This document shows, in pieces, positions 33,741-47,454 of a stretch of 64,000 nucleotides of DNA. Positions within the stretch are counted from its first letter, which is position 1; each line of letters starts with the position of its first letter. The notes beneath the pieces are model-generated. The model had not been told where the DNA came from. It saw only the letters and a program-made list of their open reading frames with translations, and did no database searches. A program made the translations under genes and the position numbers. This DNA comes from Squalus acanthias (taxonomy: Eukaryota). Location: positions 139,192,001-139,256,000 of the forward strand of contig CM059431.1 of the NCBI GenBank assembly GCA_030390025.1. The letters run 5' to 3'.

Positions 33741-34129
33741 TCGATAATTATCTTTAAAAATGTGCTTATATTATGATTGTTGGCCAGAAATCGAGGTAAA
33801 TTGCAATTTAGGAAGCAGAGATGTGGATTTGACTTCTCTGTGGTACAGGCAGAGGAGCTGAGAGACGGCAAACTGAGGCTCTACAGCACCACCACTGGAA
33901 GGAGCGTGTAATTACGGCATGGCAGTCTATACTAGAGATATCCTTACTGAAAGTGAACAGAATGGAGCGAATAAATGGTGGCGTACAAAGTCCAATAAAG
34001 GACAGTTGAACCTAACACCTTGTCGCATCTCCCCGAATCATCCTAAAGCACTTGACACAGATTACTTTGGAGGTGCAGTGAGTATTATGCCTGCGCACCA
34101 CCAGCAGCAGTTTTGGTATCTGGTATGTG

Positions 34130-34135
34130 TTTATT
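34130..34135 (-). terminator. Candidate polyadenylation signal of B3GALT5
   Basis: AATAAA on the minus strand 70 nt past the stop codon. Confidence 0.5.
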
Positions 34136-34204
34136 GATGCGGCACAATAAACGGATTGTGGCCATTGGAGGGGAAAATGATAAGCCTCTTCAAGGTGGCC
34201 TCTT

Positions 34205-35134
34205 TCACGTATCTCCAGGGCAGTCCACAGTTGCCGCATCTGCCATTGCATTCCAGAAGAACAGCAGCTCGGAGAGTTTCACCCCGTGAGAGGTCACGAG
34301 TTTCCGAAATGTGCAAACAGAAAACGGGACTTTTGAAATGTAAAATATTTGGCGCGAGTGGATTTCCACAGGCTCGATCTTCAACTTAGCCAGACAGAGA
34401 GCGACGAAAACGTCCTCGAGTTTCAATTTGGGGACGGTACTCGAAACGTTCCAAACTCGGCAGGCGACATCAGTCGAGAGCACGTACCCAGTGCCGGAGC
34501 AGAATGGCGGATACGTTTCCAGCGGGTATTCCTGTTCACTAACGTACCATTTGTCGTTTTTTATCCTCACGGGTCGTTGATGTCTCTGTATGTAGCCGGT
34601 GAAGATGTTGCTGCGACTGGTTCGTGACAAGAGCTCTCTCAGATAATCAACATTGACAAACATGTCTGAATCGGTTTTCATCAGAAAGGAGGCGGACGGA
34701 CAAAATCGGATGACCCATTCCAGGCCCATCAGCACCTTGATGGTCAGGTTGTAATAAGTGTCGCTGAACTCTTTCTGTATGATGTCTTTGTGCAGCAAAC
34801 CTTCCTCTAGCAGATGCTCCTGATCCTCCCGGCTGTACCCGAGCAGGAAGTATGTCACTACCCTCTTGCCATGTGTTGTCCGCTCTCTGCCCCAGGTCTG
34901 GCGAATGGCCGAGCGAGCTTCGAACTGGTCCAGGGCACTGGTGACAAGAAGGACCAGGAATGGGGGACTGACGTCACACCTGCTGTCGGGTCTCATTAAA
35001 AAGGGGGACTCATTTAATTCTGTGTAATGCCAATGCTCAGTATTATTGCGGCTTAAATGTCTGAGTAATATAAATATCAGCAAAACGGTCACACAAACAA
35101 ATGAATATTTGTAGCACGTCTTTCGGAACAACAT
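34205..35134 (-). CDS. B3GALT5: Beta-1,3-galactosyltransferase 5 (GT31), 309 aa, single coding exon
   Basis: Type II anchor, PPFLVLLVTS, AIRQTWG, YYNLTIK, MKTDSDMFVN (DxD), YPPFCSGTGYV, LEDVFV, terminal DCP; colinear with the human protein as I recall it. Acceptor TTTTGTTTTACAG ends at 35170, 35 nt above the ATG. Confidence 0.93.
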   Translation of the reverse strand: MLFRKTCYKYSFVCVTVLLIFILLRHLSRNNTEHWHYTELNESPFLMRPDSRCDVSPPFLVLLVTSALDQFEARSAIRQTWGRERTTHGKRVVTYFLLGYSREDQEHLLEEGLLHKDIIQKEFSDTYYNLTIKVLMGLEWVIRFCPSASFLMKTDSDMFVNVDYLRELLSRTSRSNIFTGYIQRHQRPVRIKNDKWYVSEQEYPLETYPPFCSGTGYVLSTDVACRVWNVSSTVPKLKLEDVFVALCLAKLKIEPVEIHSRQIFYISKVPFSVCTFRKLVTSHGVKLSELLFFWNAMADAATVDCPGDT

Positions 35135-35260
35135 GTTGCATCAGAAAATATCTTCTTGTTTTGAATCACCTGTAAAACAAAATAAACAAATTGATTTTGT
35201 TGGATAACGGGTAATGCAAGGGGTAACACTTTCCAGTTAAAATTACTTGGCTCGATTACT

Positions 35261-35680
35261 AACATAGGAATAGCAGGAGGCCATTCAGCCCATCGAACAT
35301 GTTCTGCCATTCAATTAGATCATGGCTGAACTGTAGCTGAACTACATTGACCCGCCCTGCTCCTGTAATCCTTAATAGCCTTACCCAAAATAAAATCGAT
35401 CAATTTCAGCCTTGAACGGATCATTGACCCCAGCATCAACACATTTTTGAGGGAGAGCGTTCCAGATTTCCAGAAACCTTTTTGTGAAGAGGTGCTTCCT
35501 GACATCACTCCTGAACAGCCCAGCTCTCATTTTAAGGTATCCCGCCTTGTTCTGGACTCCCACATCAGGGGAGATACTGTAGCTACTGTAATCATCTCTA
35601 ACAGATCATCTTTTAATCTGCTATACCCCAGGCAGTACAAGCCAAGTATATGGAATCTGTCCTCACAATTTAACATTTTA
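35261..35680 (-). mobile_element. CR1 3' fragment in the B3GALT5 intron
   Basis: FRSDVRKHLFTKRFLEIWNALP and LGLYCLGYSRLKDDL motifs. Confidence 0.8.
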
Positions 35681-35945
35681 GACTGAAAGTGAAGGGAACA
35701 AATTGAGAGTAATAATTTCACAAGCGCTTCGGGGAGACTGTCGGCTGGATCATCATAGCAGCTCTTAACTTGTTGGTCTGGTGTTGTCTCTGATTTTAAC
35801 AACTCCCACGACAATAAGTGGTTTAATTTAAATAAGTTGGAGTCGCCGCTAAAATAATCGAACCCGAAGGTCATCGGAGCGTTTAAAGCAGTTGTCATCT
35901 TGTCAGCAGTGTATCATAAATATGGAAACAGAATACATGCTGGAA

Positions 35946-38900
35946 GGTAGAAACAGTGGATGTCCAAAGCTAGAAACCGTGGTGGTCCAAAGCTAGAAAG
36001 AGTGACGGTCCAAAGCTAGAAACAGTGGTGTTCCAAAGCTAGACACTGTGAAGATCCAAAGTAAGAAAGAATTGAGAACCAAAGCTAGAAACTGTGAAGG
36101 TCCAAATCTAGACACAGTGGTGGTCCAAAGCTTGAGACAGTGAAGGTCCAAAGCTAGAAACAGTGAAGGTCGAAAGCTGGAAAGAGTGGTGGTCCAAAGC
36201 TAGAAACAGTGGAGGTCCAAATCTAGAAACAGTGGAGGACCAAAGCTAGAAACAGTGGCGGTCCAAAGCTAGAAACAGTGGTGGTCCAAAGCTAGAAACA
36301 GTGAAGGTCCAAAGCTAGAAACAGTGGAGGGCCAAAGCTAGAAACAGTGGTGGACCAAAGCTAGAAACAGTGGTGGTCCAAATCTAGAAACAGTGGAGGT
36401 CCAAAGCTAGAAACAGTGGAGGTCCAAAGCTATAAACAGTGGTGGTCCAAAGCTAGAAACAGTGGTGGTCCAAAGCTAGAAACAGTGAAGGTCCAAAGCT
36501 AGAAACAGTGGAGTTCCAAAGCTAGAAAGAGTGGAGATCCAAAGCTAGAAACAGTGAAGGTCCAAAGCTAGAAATAGTGAAGGTCCAAAGCTAGAAAGAG
36601 TGGAGATCCAAAGCTAGAAACAGTGAAGGTCCAAAGCTAGAAACAGTGAAGGTCCAAAGCTAGAAACAGTGAAAGTCCAAAGCTAGAAAGAATGAAGGTC
36701 CAAAGCTAGAAAGAGTGGAGATCCAAAGCTAGAAACAGTGAAGGTCCAAAACTAGAAACAGTGACGGTCCAAAGCTAGAAACAGTGCAGGTCCAAAACTA
36801 GAAATAGTGAAGGTCCAAAGCTAGAAACAGTGAAGGTCCAAAGATAGAAAGAGTGGAGATCCAAAGCTAGAAACAGTGAAGGTCCAAAGCTAGAAACAGT
36901 GAAGTTACAAAGCTGGAAGCAGTGAAGGTCCAAAGCTAGAAACAGTGAAGGTCCAAAGCTAGAAACAGTGAAGGTCCAAAGCTAGAAACAGTGTAGGTCC
37001 AAAGCTAGAAACATTGAAGGTCTAAAGATAGAAACTGTGGAGGTCCAAAGCTAGAAACAGTGGAGGTCCAAAGCTAGAAACAGTGAAGTTCCAAAGTTAG
37101 AAAAAGTGAAGGTCCAAAGCTAGAAACAGTGTAGGTCCAAAGCTAGAAACAGTGAATGTACAAAGCTAGAAATGGTGGAGGTCCAAAGCTAGAAACAGTG
37201 AAGGTCCAAAGCTATAAACAGTGTAGGTCCAAAGATAGAAAGAGTGGAGATCCAAAGCTAGAAACAGTGAAGGTCCAAAGCTAGAAACAGTGAAGTTACA
37301 AAGCTGGAAGCAGTGAAGGTCCAAAGCTAGAAACAGTGAAGGTCCAAAGCTAGAAACAGTGAAGGTCCAAAGCTAGAAACAGTGTAGGTCCAAAGCTAGA
37401 AACATTGAAGGTCTAAAGATAGAAACTGTGGAGGTCCAAAGCTAGAAACAGTGGAGGTCCAAAGCTAGAAACAGTGTAGGTCCAAAGCTAGAAACAGTGA
37501 ATGTTCATAGCTAGAAATGGTGGAGGTCCAAAGCTAGAAACAGTGAAGGTCCAAAGCTAGAAACAGTGTAGGTCCAAAGCTAGTAACAGTTTTGGTCCAA
37601 AGCTAGAAACAGTGAATGTTCAAAGCTAGAAATGGTGGAGGTCGAAAGCTAGAAACAGTGAAGGTCCAAAGCTAGAAGCAATGGAGGTTCAATGCTAGAA
37701 ACAGTGAAGGTCCAATGCTAGAAACAGTGTTGGTACAAAGCTAGAAACAGTGGAGTTCCAAATCTAGAAACAGTGGAGGTCCAAATTTGGAAAATGTGGA
37801 GGTCCAAAGCTAAAGAGAGTGAAGGTCCGAAGTTGGAAACAGTGGAGGTCCAAAGCTGGAAACAATGAACATCCAAAGCTAGAAACAATGGAGGTCCTAA
37901 GCTAGAAACAGTGGAGGTCCAAAGCTAGAAACAGTGTAGATCCAAAGCTAGAAACAGTGAAGTTCCAAAGCTGGAAACAGTGAAGGTCCAAAGAACGAAA
38001 AAGTTGCGATCCAAAGCTAGAAACTGTGAAGGTCCAAATCTAGACACTGTGGAGGTCCAAAGCTAGAAACAGTGAAGGTCCATAGCTAGAAACAGTGAAG
38101 GTCCAAAGCTAGAAACAGTGAAGGTCCAAAGCTAGAAACAGTGAAGGTCCAAAGCTGGTAACAGTAAAGTTCCAAAGTTAGAAACAGTGAAGGTCCAAAG
38201 CTAGAAACAGTGAAGATCCAAAGCTAGAAATATCGGGGGTCCAAAGCTAGGAACAGTGAAGGTCCAAAGCTAGAAATAGTGAAGGTCCAAAGCTAGAAAT
38301 AGCGGAGGTCCAACGCTAGAAACAGCGAAGTTCCAAAGTTGGAAACTGTGGAGGTCCAAAACTAGAAAGAGTGAAGTTCCAAACCTAGAAAAAATGGAGG
38401 CCCAAAGCTAGAAACAGTGAAGCTCCAAAGCTAGAAACAGTGAAGGTCCAAATCTAGAAACAGAGGTGGTCAAAAGTTAGAAACAGCGAAGGTCCAAAGC
38501 TAGAAACGGTTGAGATCCAAAGCTAGAAACAGTGGCGGTCCAAAGCTAGAAACAGTGAAGGTCCAAAGATAGAAACAGTGAAGTTCCAAAGCTAGTAACA
38601 GTGATGGCCAAAGCTAGAAATAGTGAAGGTCCAAAGCTGGAAACAGTGAATGTTCAAAGTTAGAAACAGCGAAGGTCCTAAGCTAGAAACAGTGAAGCTC
38701 CAAAGCTGGAAACAGTGCTGGTGCAAAGCTAGAAACAGTGGATGCCAAAGATAGAAACAGTGAAGGTCGAAAGCTAGAAACAGTGGAGGTCCAAAGCTAG
38801 AAACAGTGTTGGTGCAAAGCTAGAAACATTGAAGTTCCAAAGATAGAAACAGTGAAGGTCGAAAGCTAGAAACAGTGGAGGTCCAAAGCTAGAAACAGTG

Positions 38901-41900
38901 GAGGTCCAAAGCTAGAAATGGTGAAGATCGAAAGCTAGAAACAGTGGAGGTCCAAAGCTAGAAACAGTGGAGGTCAAAAGCAAGAAACATTGGAGGTCCA
39001 AAGCTACAAAGAGTAGAAGTCCAAAGCTAGGAGCAGTGAAGGTCCAAAGATAGAAATAGCGGAGGTCCAAAGCAAGATACATTGAAGGTGCAAAGGTAGA
39101 GTCAGTGAAGGTCCAAAGCGAGAGGCAGTGGAGTTCCAAATCAAGAAACAGTGAAAGTCCAAAGCTAGAAACAGTGAAGGTACAAAGCTAGAAACAGTGA
39201 AGTTCCAAAGCTAGAAGCTTTGAAGGTCCAAAGCTAGAAACAGTGAAGGTCCAAAGCTAGAAACAGTGAAGGTCCAAAGCTAGAAACAGTGAAGGTCCAA
39301 AGCTAGAAACTGTGGAGTTCCAAAGCTAGAAACAGTGAACATCCAAAATTTAGAAAAAGTGAAGGTACAAAGCTAGAAACAGTGTAGGTCCAAAGCTAGA
39401 AACAGTGAATGTTCAAAGCTAGAAATGGTGGAGGTCCAAATCTACAAACAGTGGTGGTCCAAAGCTAGAAACAGTGAAGGCCCAAAGCTAGAAACAGTGG
39501 AGTTCCAAAGCTAGAAAGAGTGGAGATCCAAAGCTAGAAACAGTGAAGGTCCAAAGCTAGAAACAGTGATGGTGCAAAGCTAGAAACAGTGAAGGTCCAA
39601 AGCTAGAAAGAGTGGAGATCCAAAGCTAGAAACAGTGAAGGTCCAAAGCTGGAAACAGTGAAGTTCCAAAGCTAGAAACAGTGAAGGTCCAAAGCAAGAA
39701 ACAGTGAAGGTCCAAAGCTAGAAATAGAGAAGGTCCAAAGCTAGAAACAGTGAAGGTCCAAAGCTACAATCATTGGAGGTCCAAAGCTAGAAACAGTGAA
39801 GATCCAAAGTTAGAAAAAGTGAAGGTCCAAAGCTAGAAACAGTGTAGGTCCAAAGCTAGAAACAGTGAATGTTCAAAGCTAGAAATGGTGGAGGTCCAAA
39901 GCTAGAAACAGTGAAGGTCCAAAGCTAGAAACAGTGTAGGTCCAAAGCTAGAAACAGTGTTGGTCCAAAGCTAGAAAAAGTGAATGTTCAAAGCTAGAAA
40001 CTGTGGAGGTCGAAAGCTAGAAACAGTGAAGGTCCAAAGCTAGAAGCAGTGGAGGTTCAATGCTAGAAACAGTGAAGGTCCAAAGCTAGAAACAGTGTTG
40101 GTACAAAGCTAGAAACAGTAGAGTTCCAAATCTAGAAACAGTGGAGGTCCTAATTTGGAAAATGTGGAGGTCCAAAGCTAAAGAGAGTGAAGGTCCGAAG
40201 TTAGAAACAGTGGAGGTCCAAAGCTGGAAACAATGAAGATCCAAAGCTAGAAACAGTGGAGGTCCAAAGTTAGAAACAGTGGAGGTCCAAAGCTAGAAAC
40301 AGTGAAGATCCAAAGCTAGAAACAGTGAAGTTCCAAAGCTGGAAACAGTGAAGGTCCAAAGAACGAAAAAGTGGCGATCCAAAGCTAGAAACTATGAAGG
40401 TCCAAATCTAGACACTGTGGAGGTCCAAAGCTAGAGTCAGTGAAGGTACAAATCTAGAAACAGTGAAGTTCCAAAGCGAGAAAGAGTGGTGGTCCAAAGC
40501 TAGAAACAGTGGTGGTCCAAAGCGAGAAAGAGTGGAGATCCACAGCTGGAAACAGTGGAAGTCTAAAGCTAGAAACAGTGAAGTTCCAAAGCTAGAAACA
40601 GTGAAGGTCCAAAGCTAGAAACAGTGAAGGTCCAAAGCTGGAAACAGTGAAGATCCAAAGCAAGAAATAGCGGGGGTCCAAAGCTAGGAACAGTGAAGGT
40701 CCAATGCTAGAAATAGTGAAGTTCCAATTCTAGAAATAGCGGAGGTCCAAAGCTAGAAACAGCGAAGTTCCAAAGTTCAAACTGTGGAGGTCCAAAACTA
40801 GAAAGAGTGAAGGTCCAAACCTAGAAAAAATGGAGGTCCAAAGCTAGAAACAGTGAAGGTCCAAAGCTAAAAACAGTGAAGATCCAAATCTAGAAACAGA
40901 GGTGGTCAAAAGTTGGCAACAGCGAAGGTCCAAAGCTAGAAACAGTTGAGATCCAAAGCTAGAAGCAGTGGCGGTCCAAAGCTAGAAACAGTGAAGGTCC
41001 AAAGCTAGAAAGAGTGGAGGTCCAAAGCTCGAAACAGTGAAGTTCCAAAGTTAGAAACAGTGAAGGTCCAAAGCTAGAATCAGTGTTGGTACAAAGCTAG
41101 TAACAGTGAGGGCCAAAGCTAGAAATAGTGAAGGTCCAAAGCTGGAAACAGTGAATGTTCAAAGTTAGAAACAGTGAAGGTCCTAAGCTAGAAACAGTGA
41201 AGGTGCAAAGCTAGAAACAGTGTTGGTCCAAAGCTAGAAACAGTGGAGGTCCAAAGCTAGAAACAGTGTAGGTCCAAAGCTAGAAACAGTGAATGTTCAA
41301 AGCTAGAAATGGTGGAGGTCCAAATCTACAAACAGTGGTGGTCCAAAGCTAGAAACAGTGAAGGCCCAAAGCTAGAAACAGTGGAGTTCCAAAGCTAGAA
41401 AGAGTGGAGATCCAAAGCTAGAAACAGTGAATGTCCAAAGCTAGAAACAGTGATGGTGCAAAGCTAGAAACAGTGAAGGTCCAAAGCTAGAAAGAGTGGA
41501 GATCCAAAGCTAGAAACAGTGAAGGTCCAAAGCTAGAAACAGTGAAGTTCCAAAGCTAGAAACAGTGAAGGTCCAAAGCAAGAAACAGTGAAGGTCCAAA
41601 GCTAGAAACAGTGAAGGTCCAAAGCTAGAAAGAGTGAAGGTCCAAAGCTACAAACAGTGGAGGTCCAAAGCTAGAAACAGTGAAGATCCAAAGTTAGAAA
41701 AAGTGAAGGTCCAAAGCTAGAAACAGTGTAGGTCCAAAGCTAGAAACAGTGAATGTTCAAAGCTAGAAATGGTGGAGGTCCAAAGCTAGAAACAGTGAAG
41801 GTCCAAAGCTAGAAACAGTGTAGGTCCAAAGCTAGAAACAGTGTTGGTCCAAAGCTAGAAAAAGTGAATGTTCAAAGCTAGAAATGGTGGAGGTCGAAAG

Positions 41901-44900
41901 CTAGAAACAGTGAAGGTCCAAAGCTAGAAGCAGTGGAGGTTCAATGCTAGAAACAGTGAAGGTCCAAAGCTAGAAACAGTGTTGGTACAAAGCTAGAAAC
42001 AGTGGAGTTCCAAATCTAGAAACAGTGGAGGTCCTAATTTGGAAAATGTGGAGGTCCAAAGCTAAAGGGAGTGAAGGTCCGAAGTTAGAAACAGTGGAGG
42101 TCCAAAGCTGGAAACAATGAAGATCCAAAGCTAGAAACAGTGGAGGTCCAAAGTTAGAAACAGTGGAGGTCCAAAGCTAGAAACAGTGAAGATCCAAAGC
42201 TAGAAACAGTGAAGTTCCAAAGCTGGAAACAGTGAAGGTCCAAAGAACGAAAAAGTGGCGATCCAAAGCTAGAAACTATGAAGGTCCAAATCTAGACACT
42301 GTGGAGGTCCAAAGCTAGAGTCAGTGAAGGTACAAATCTAGAAACAGTGAAGTTCCAAAGCGAGAAAGAGTGGTGGTCCAAAGCTAGAAACAGTGGTGGT
42401 CCAAAGCGAGAAAGAGTGGAGATCCATAGCTGGAAACAGTGGAAGTCTAAAGCTAGAAACAGTGAAGTTCCAAAGCTAGAAACAGTGAAGGTCCAAAGCT
42501 AGAAACAGTGAAGGTCCAAAGCTGGAAACAGTGAAGATCCAAAGCAAGAAATAGCGGGGGTCCAAAGCTAGGAACAGTGAAGGTCCAATGCTAGAAATAG
42601 TGAAGCTCCAATTCTAGAAATAGCGGAGGTCCAAAGCTAGAAACAGCGAAGTTCCAAAGTTCAAACTGTGGAGGTCCAAAACTAGAAAGAGTGAAGGTCC
42701 AAACCTAGAAAAAATGGAGGTCCAAAGCTAGAAACAGTGAAGGTCCAAAGCTAAAAACAGTGAAGATCCAAATCTAGAAACAGAGGTGGTCAAAAGTTGG
42801 CAACAGCGAAGGTCCAAAGCTAGAAACAGTTGAGATCCAAAGCTAGAAACAGTGGCGGTCCAAAGCTAGAAACAGTGAAGGTCCAAAGCTAGAAAGAGTG
42901 GAGGTCCAAAGCTCGAAACAGTGAAGTTCCAAAGTTAGAAACAGTGAAGGTCCAAAGCTAGAATCAGTGTTGGTCCAAAGCTAGTAACAGTGAGGGCCAA
43001 AGCTCGAAATAGTGAAGGTCCAAAGCTGGAAACAGTGAATGTTCAAAGTTAGAAACAGTGAAGGTCCTAAGCTAGAAACAGTGAAGGTCCAAAGCTAGAA
43101 ACAGTGTTGGTCCAAAGCTAGAAACAGTGGAGGTCCAAAGCTAGAAACAGTGAAGGTCCAAAGATAGAAACAGTGAAGGTCGAAAGCTAGAAACAGTGGA
43201 GGTCCAAAGCTAGAAACAGTGGAGGTCCAAAGCTAGAAATAGTGAAGGTCGAAAGCTAGAAACAGTGGAGGTCCAAAGCTAGAAACAGTGGAGGTCAAAA
43301 GCAAGAAACATTGGAGGTCCAAAGGTACAAAGAGTAGAGATCCAAAGCTAAAAGCAGCGGAGGTCCAAAGCAAGATACATTGAAGGTGCAAAGGTAGAGA
43401 CAGTGAAGGTCCAAAGCGAGAGGCAGTGGAGTTCCAAATCTAGAAACAGTGAAAGTCCAAAGCTAGAAACAGTGAAGGTACAAAGCTAGAAACAGTGAAG
43501 GTTCAAAGTAAGAAACAACTGAGATCCAAAGAAGAGACAGTGAAAGTCCAAAGCTAAATAGAATTGAGCTCCAAAGCTAGAAACAGTGGAAGTCCGAATC
43601 TAGAAACAGTGGAGGTCCAAAGCTAGAAACAGTGGAGGTCCAAAGCTACAAACAGTGGAGGACCAAAGCTAGATACAGTGAAGGTCCAAAACTAGAGACA
43701 GTGAAGGTCCAAAGCTAGAAACAGTGACGGTCCAAAGCTAGAAACAGTGAAGGTCGAAAGTAAGAAACAATTGAGATCCAAAACTAGAATCTCTGATGGT
43801 CCAAAGCTAGACACAGTGAAGGTCAAAGCTAGAAACAGTGGAGGTCCGAAGCTAGAATAGTGAAGTTCCCAATTTAGAAACAGTGGAGGTCCGAAGCTAG
43901 AATAGTGAAGTTCCCAATTTAGAAACAGTGGAGGTCCAAAGCTAGAAATAGTGAAGTTCCCAATTTAGAAACAGTTGAGGTCTAAAGCTAGAAACAGTGG
44001 AGATCCAAAGCTAGACACATTGAAGGTCCAAAGCTAGAAACAATGGAGGTCCAGAGCTAGAAACAGTGGAGGTCCAAAGCTAGAAACAGTGAAGGTCCAA
44101 AGTTAGAAACAATGAAGGTCCAAAGCTAGAAACAGTGAAGGTCCAAAGCTAGAAACAGTGTTGGTCCAAAGCTAGAAACAGTAGAGGTCCAAAGCTAGAA
44201 AAAGTGGAGGTCCAAAGCTAGAAACAGTGGAGGTCCGAAGCTAGAAATAGTGAAGTTCCCAATCTAGAAACAGTGGAGGTCCAAAGCTAGAAATAGTGAA
44301 GCTCTCAATCTAGAAACAGGGCGGTCCAAAGCTAGAAATAGTGAAGTTCCAAATCTTGACACAGTGAAGGTCAAAGCTAGAATCAGTGGAGGTACGAAGC
44401 TAGAAATAGTTAATTTCCAAATCTAGAAACAATGGAGGTCCAAAGCTAGAAATAGTGAAGTTCCCAATCTAGGAACAGTGGAGGTCAAAAGCTAGAAACA
44501 GTGGAGATCCAAAGCTAGACACATTGAAGGTCCAAAGCTAGAAACAATGGAGGTCCAAAGCTAGAAACAGTGAAGGTCCAAATCTAGAAACAGTGGATGG
44601 TCGAAAGCTAGAAACAGTGGAAGTCCAAAGCTAGAAACAGTGAAGGTCCAAAGCGAGAAACAGTGAAGATACAAAGCTAGAAACATTGCAGTTCCAAAGC
44701 TAGAAACAGTAAAGGTCCAAAGCTAGAAACAGAAAAGGTCCAAAGCTAGAAACAGTGAAGGTCCAAATCCAGAAACAAAGGATGTCCAAAGCTAGCAATA
44801 GCGGTTGTCCTAAGCTAGAAACAGTGGAGGTCCAAAGCTAGAAATAGTGAAGTTCCCAATCTAGAAAGAGAGGAGGTCTAAAGCTAGTAACAGTGAAGGT

Positions 44901-47449
44901 CCAAAGCGAGAAACAGTGGAGGTCCAAAGCTAGAAACAGTGTAGGTCCAAAGCTAGAAACAGTGAAGGTCCAAATCCAGAAACAAAGGATGTCCAAAGCT
45001 AGAAATAGCGGTTGTCCAAAGCTAGAAACAGTGGAGTCCAAAGCTAGAAACAGTGGAGGTCCAACACTAGAAACAGTGAAGGTCCATAGTTAGAAACAGT
45101 GGAGGTCCAAAGCTAGAAACAGTGAAGGTCCAAAGCGAGAAACAGTGAAGGTCCAAAGCGAGAAACAGTGAAGATACAAAGCTCGAAACATTGACGTTCC
45201 AAAGCTAGAAACAGTGAAGGTCCAAACCTAGAAACAGTGGAGATCCAAAGATGGAAAAAGCGATGTTGCAAAGCGAGAAACGGGTGAGATCCAAAGCTCG
45301 AAACAGTGGAGGTCCAAAGCTAGAAACAGTGAAGGTCCAAAGCTAAAACAATGTTGGTGCAAAGCTAGAAACAGTTTTGGTGCAAAGCTAGAAACAGTGT
45401 TGGTCCAAAGCTAGAAACAGTGGTGGTCCAAAGCTAGAAACAGTGAAGGTCCAAAGCTAGAAATAGCGGAGGTCCAAAGCTAGAAACAGTGAAAGTCCAA
45501 AGTTGAAAACAGTGGAGGTCCAAAGCTAAAAAGAGTGAAGGTGCAAAAGGAGAAACAGTCATGGTCCAAAGCTAGAAACAGTGGAGGTCCAAAGCTAGAA
45601 ACATTTAAAGTCCAAAGCTAGAAACAGTGGAGGTCCAAATCTAGAAACAATGAAGGTCCAACGCTAGAAACAGTGGAGATCCAAAGCTAGAAACAGTGAA
45701 CGTCCAAAACTAGTAACAATGAAGGTCGAAAGCGTGAAAGAGTGGAGCTCTAAAGCTAGAAAGAAAGGAGCTCCAAAGCTAGAAACATAGGAGGTCCAAA
45801 ACTAGAAAGCGTGGAGATCCTAAGCTAGAAACAGTGAAGGTCCAAAGACTGAAACAGTGGAGATCCAAAGCTAGAGAAAGTGAAGGGCCAAAGCTAGAAA
45901 CAGTGAAGGTCCAAAGCTAGAAACAGTGTAGGTCCAAAGCTATAAACAGTGTAGGTTCGAAGCTAGAAATAGTGAAGTTCCCAATCTGGAAACAGTGGTG
46001 GTCCAAAGCTAGAAATGGTGAAGTTCCCAATCTAGAAACAGTGGAGATCCAAAGCTGGAAATAGTGACGTTCCCAATCTAGAAACTGTGGAGGTCCAAAG
46101 CTAGAAACACTGAAGTTCCCAATCTAGAAACAGTGGAGGTCGAAAGGTAGAAACAGTGGAGGTCCGAAGCTAGAAATAGTGAAGTTCCCAATCTTGAAAC
46201 ATTGGCGGTCCAAAGCTAGAAATAGTGAAGTTCCCAATCTAGAAACAGTGAAGTTCCAAAGCTGGAAACAGTGAAGGTCCAAAGAACGAAACAGTGGAGA
46301 TCCAAAGCTAGAAACTGTGAAGGTCCAAATCTAGACACAGTGGAGGTCCAAAGCTAGAGACAGTGAAGGTCCAAATCTAGAAACAGTGAAGGTCCAAAGC
46401 GAGCAAGAGTGGTGGTCCAAAGCGAGAAAGAGTGGTGGTCCAAAGCTAGAAACAGTGGTGGCCCAAAGCGAGAAAGAGTGGAGATCCAAAGATAGAAACA
46501 GTGAAGTTCCCAATCTAGTAACAGTGGAGGTCCAAAGCTAGAAATACGAAGTTCCCAAGCTAGGAACAGTGGAGTTCCAGAGCTAGAAATAGTGAAGTTC
46601 CCAATCTAGAAACAGTGGAGGTCCAAAGCTAGAAGTAGTGAAGTTCCAAATCTAGACAGAGTGAAGGTCAAAGCAAGAAACAGTGGAGTACCGAATCTAG
46701 AAATAGTGAAGTTCCCAATCTAGAAACAGTGGAGGTCCAAAGCTAGAAATAGTGAAGTTCCCAATCTAGAAAGAGAGGAGGTCTAAAGCTAGTAACAGTG
46801 AAGGTCCAAAGCTAGAAACAGTGGAGGTCCAAAGCTAGAAACAGTGTAGGTCCAAAGCTAGAAACAGTGAAGGTCCAAATCCAGAAACAAAGGATGTCCA
46901 AAGCTAGAAATAGCGGTTGTCCAAAGCTAGAAACAGTGGAGTCCAAAGCTAGAAACAGTGGAGGTCCAACACTAGAAACAGTGAAGGTCCATAGTTAGAA
47001 ACAGTGGAGGTCCAAAGCTAGAAACAGTGAAGGTCCAAAGCGAGAAACAGTGAAGGTCCAAAGCGAGAAACAGTGAAGATACAAAGCTAGAAACATTGAC
47101 GTTCCAAAGCTAGAAACAGTAAAGGTCCAAAGCTAGAAACAGAAAAGGTGCAAAGCTAGAAACAGTGAAGGTCCAAATCCAGAAACAAAGGATGTCCAAA
47201 GCTAGAAATAGCGGTTGTCCAAAGCTAGAAACAGTGGAGTCCAAAGCTAGAAACAGTGGAGGTCCAACACTAGAAACAGTGAAGGTCCATAGCTAGAAAC
47301 AGTGGAGGTCCAAAGCTAGAAACAGTGAAGGTCCAAAGCGAGAAACAGTGAAGATCCAAAGCAGAAACATTGACGTTCCAAAGCTAGAAACAGTGAAGGT
47401 CCAAACCTAGAAACAGTGGAGATCCAAAGCTAGAAAAAGCGATGGTGCA
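35946..47449. repeat. 11.5-kb satellite, 23-bp unit (GTCCAAAGCTAGAAACAGTGRAG)n, about 500 copies, with higher-order structure
   Basis: Continuous 23-bp periodicity; variant markers recur at 1884-bp and 391-bp spacing. Confidence 0.98.
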
Positions 47450-47454
47450 AAAAA

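Noticed and set aside
35946..47449. CRISPR-like array or repetitive protein-coding ORFs in the satellite
   Set aside because: Units are contiguous with no unique spacers; the 23-bp unit shifts frame and carries TAG; short ORFs are by-products.
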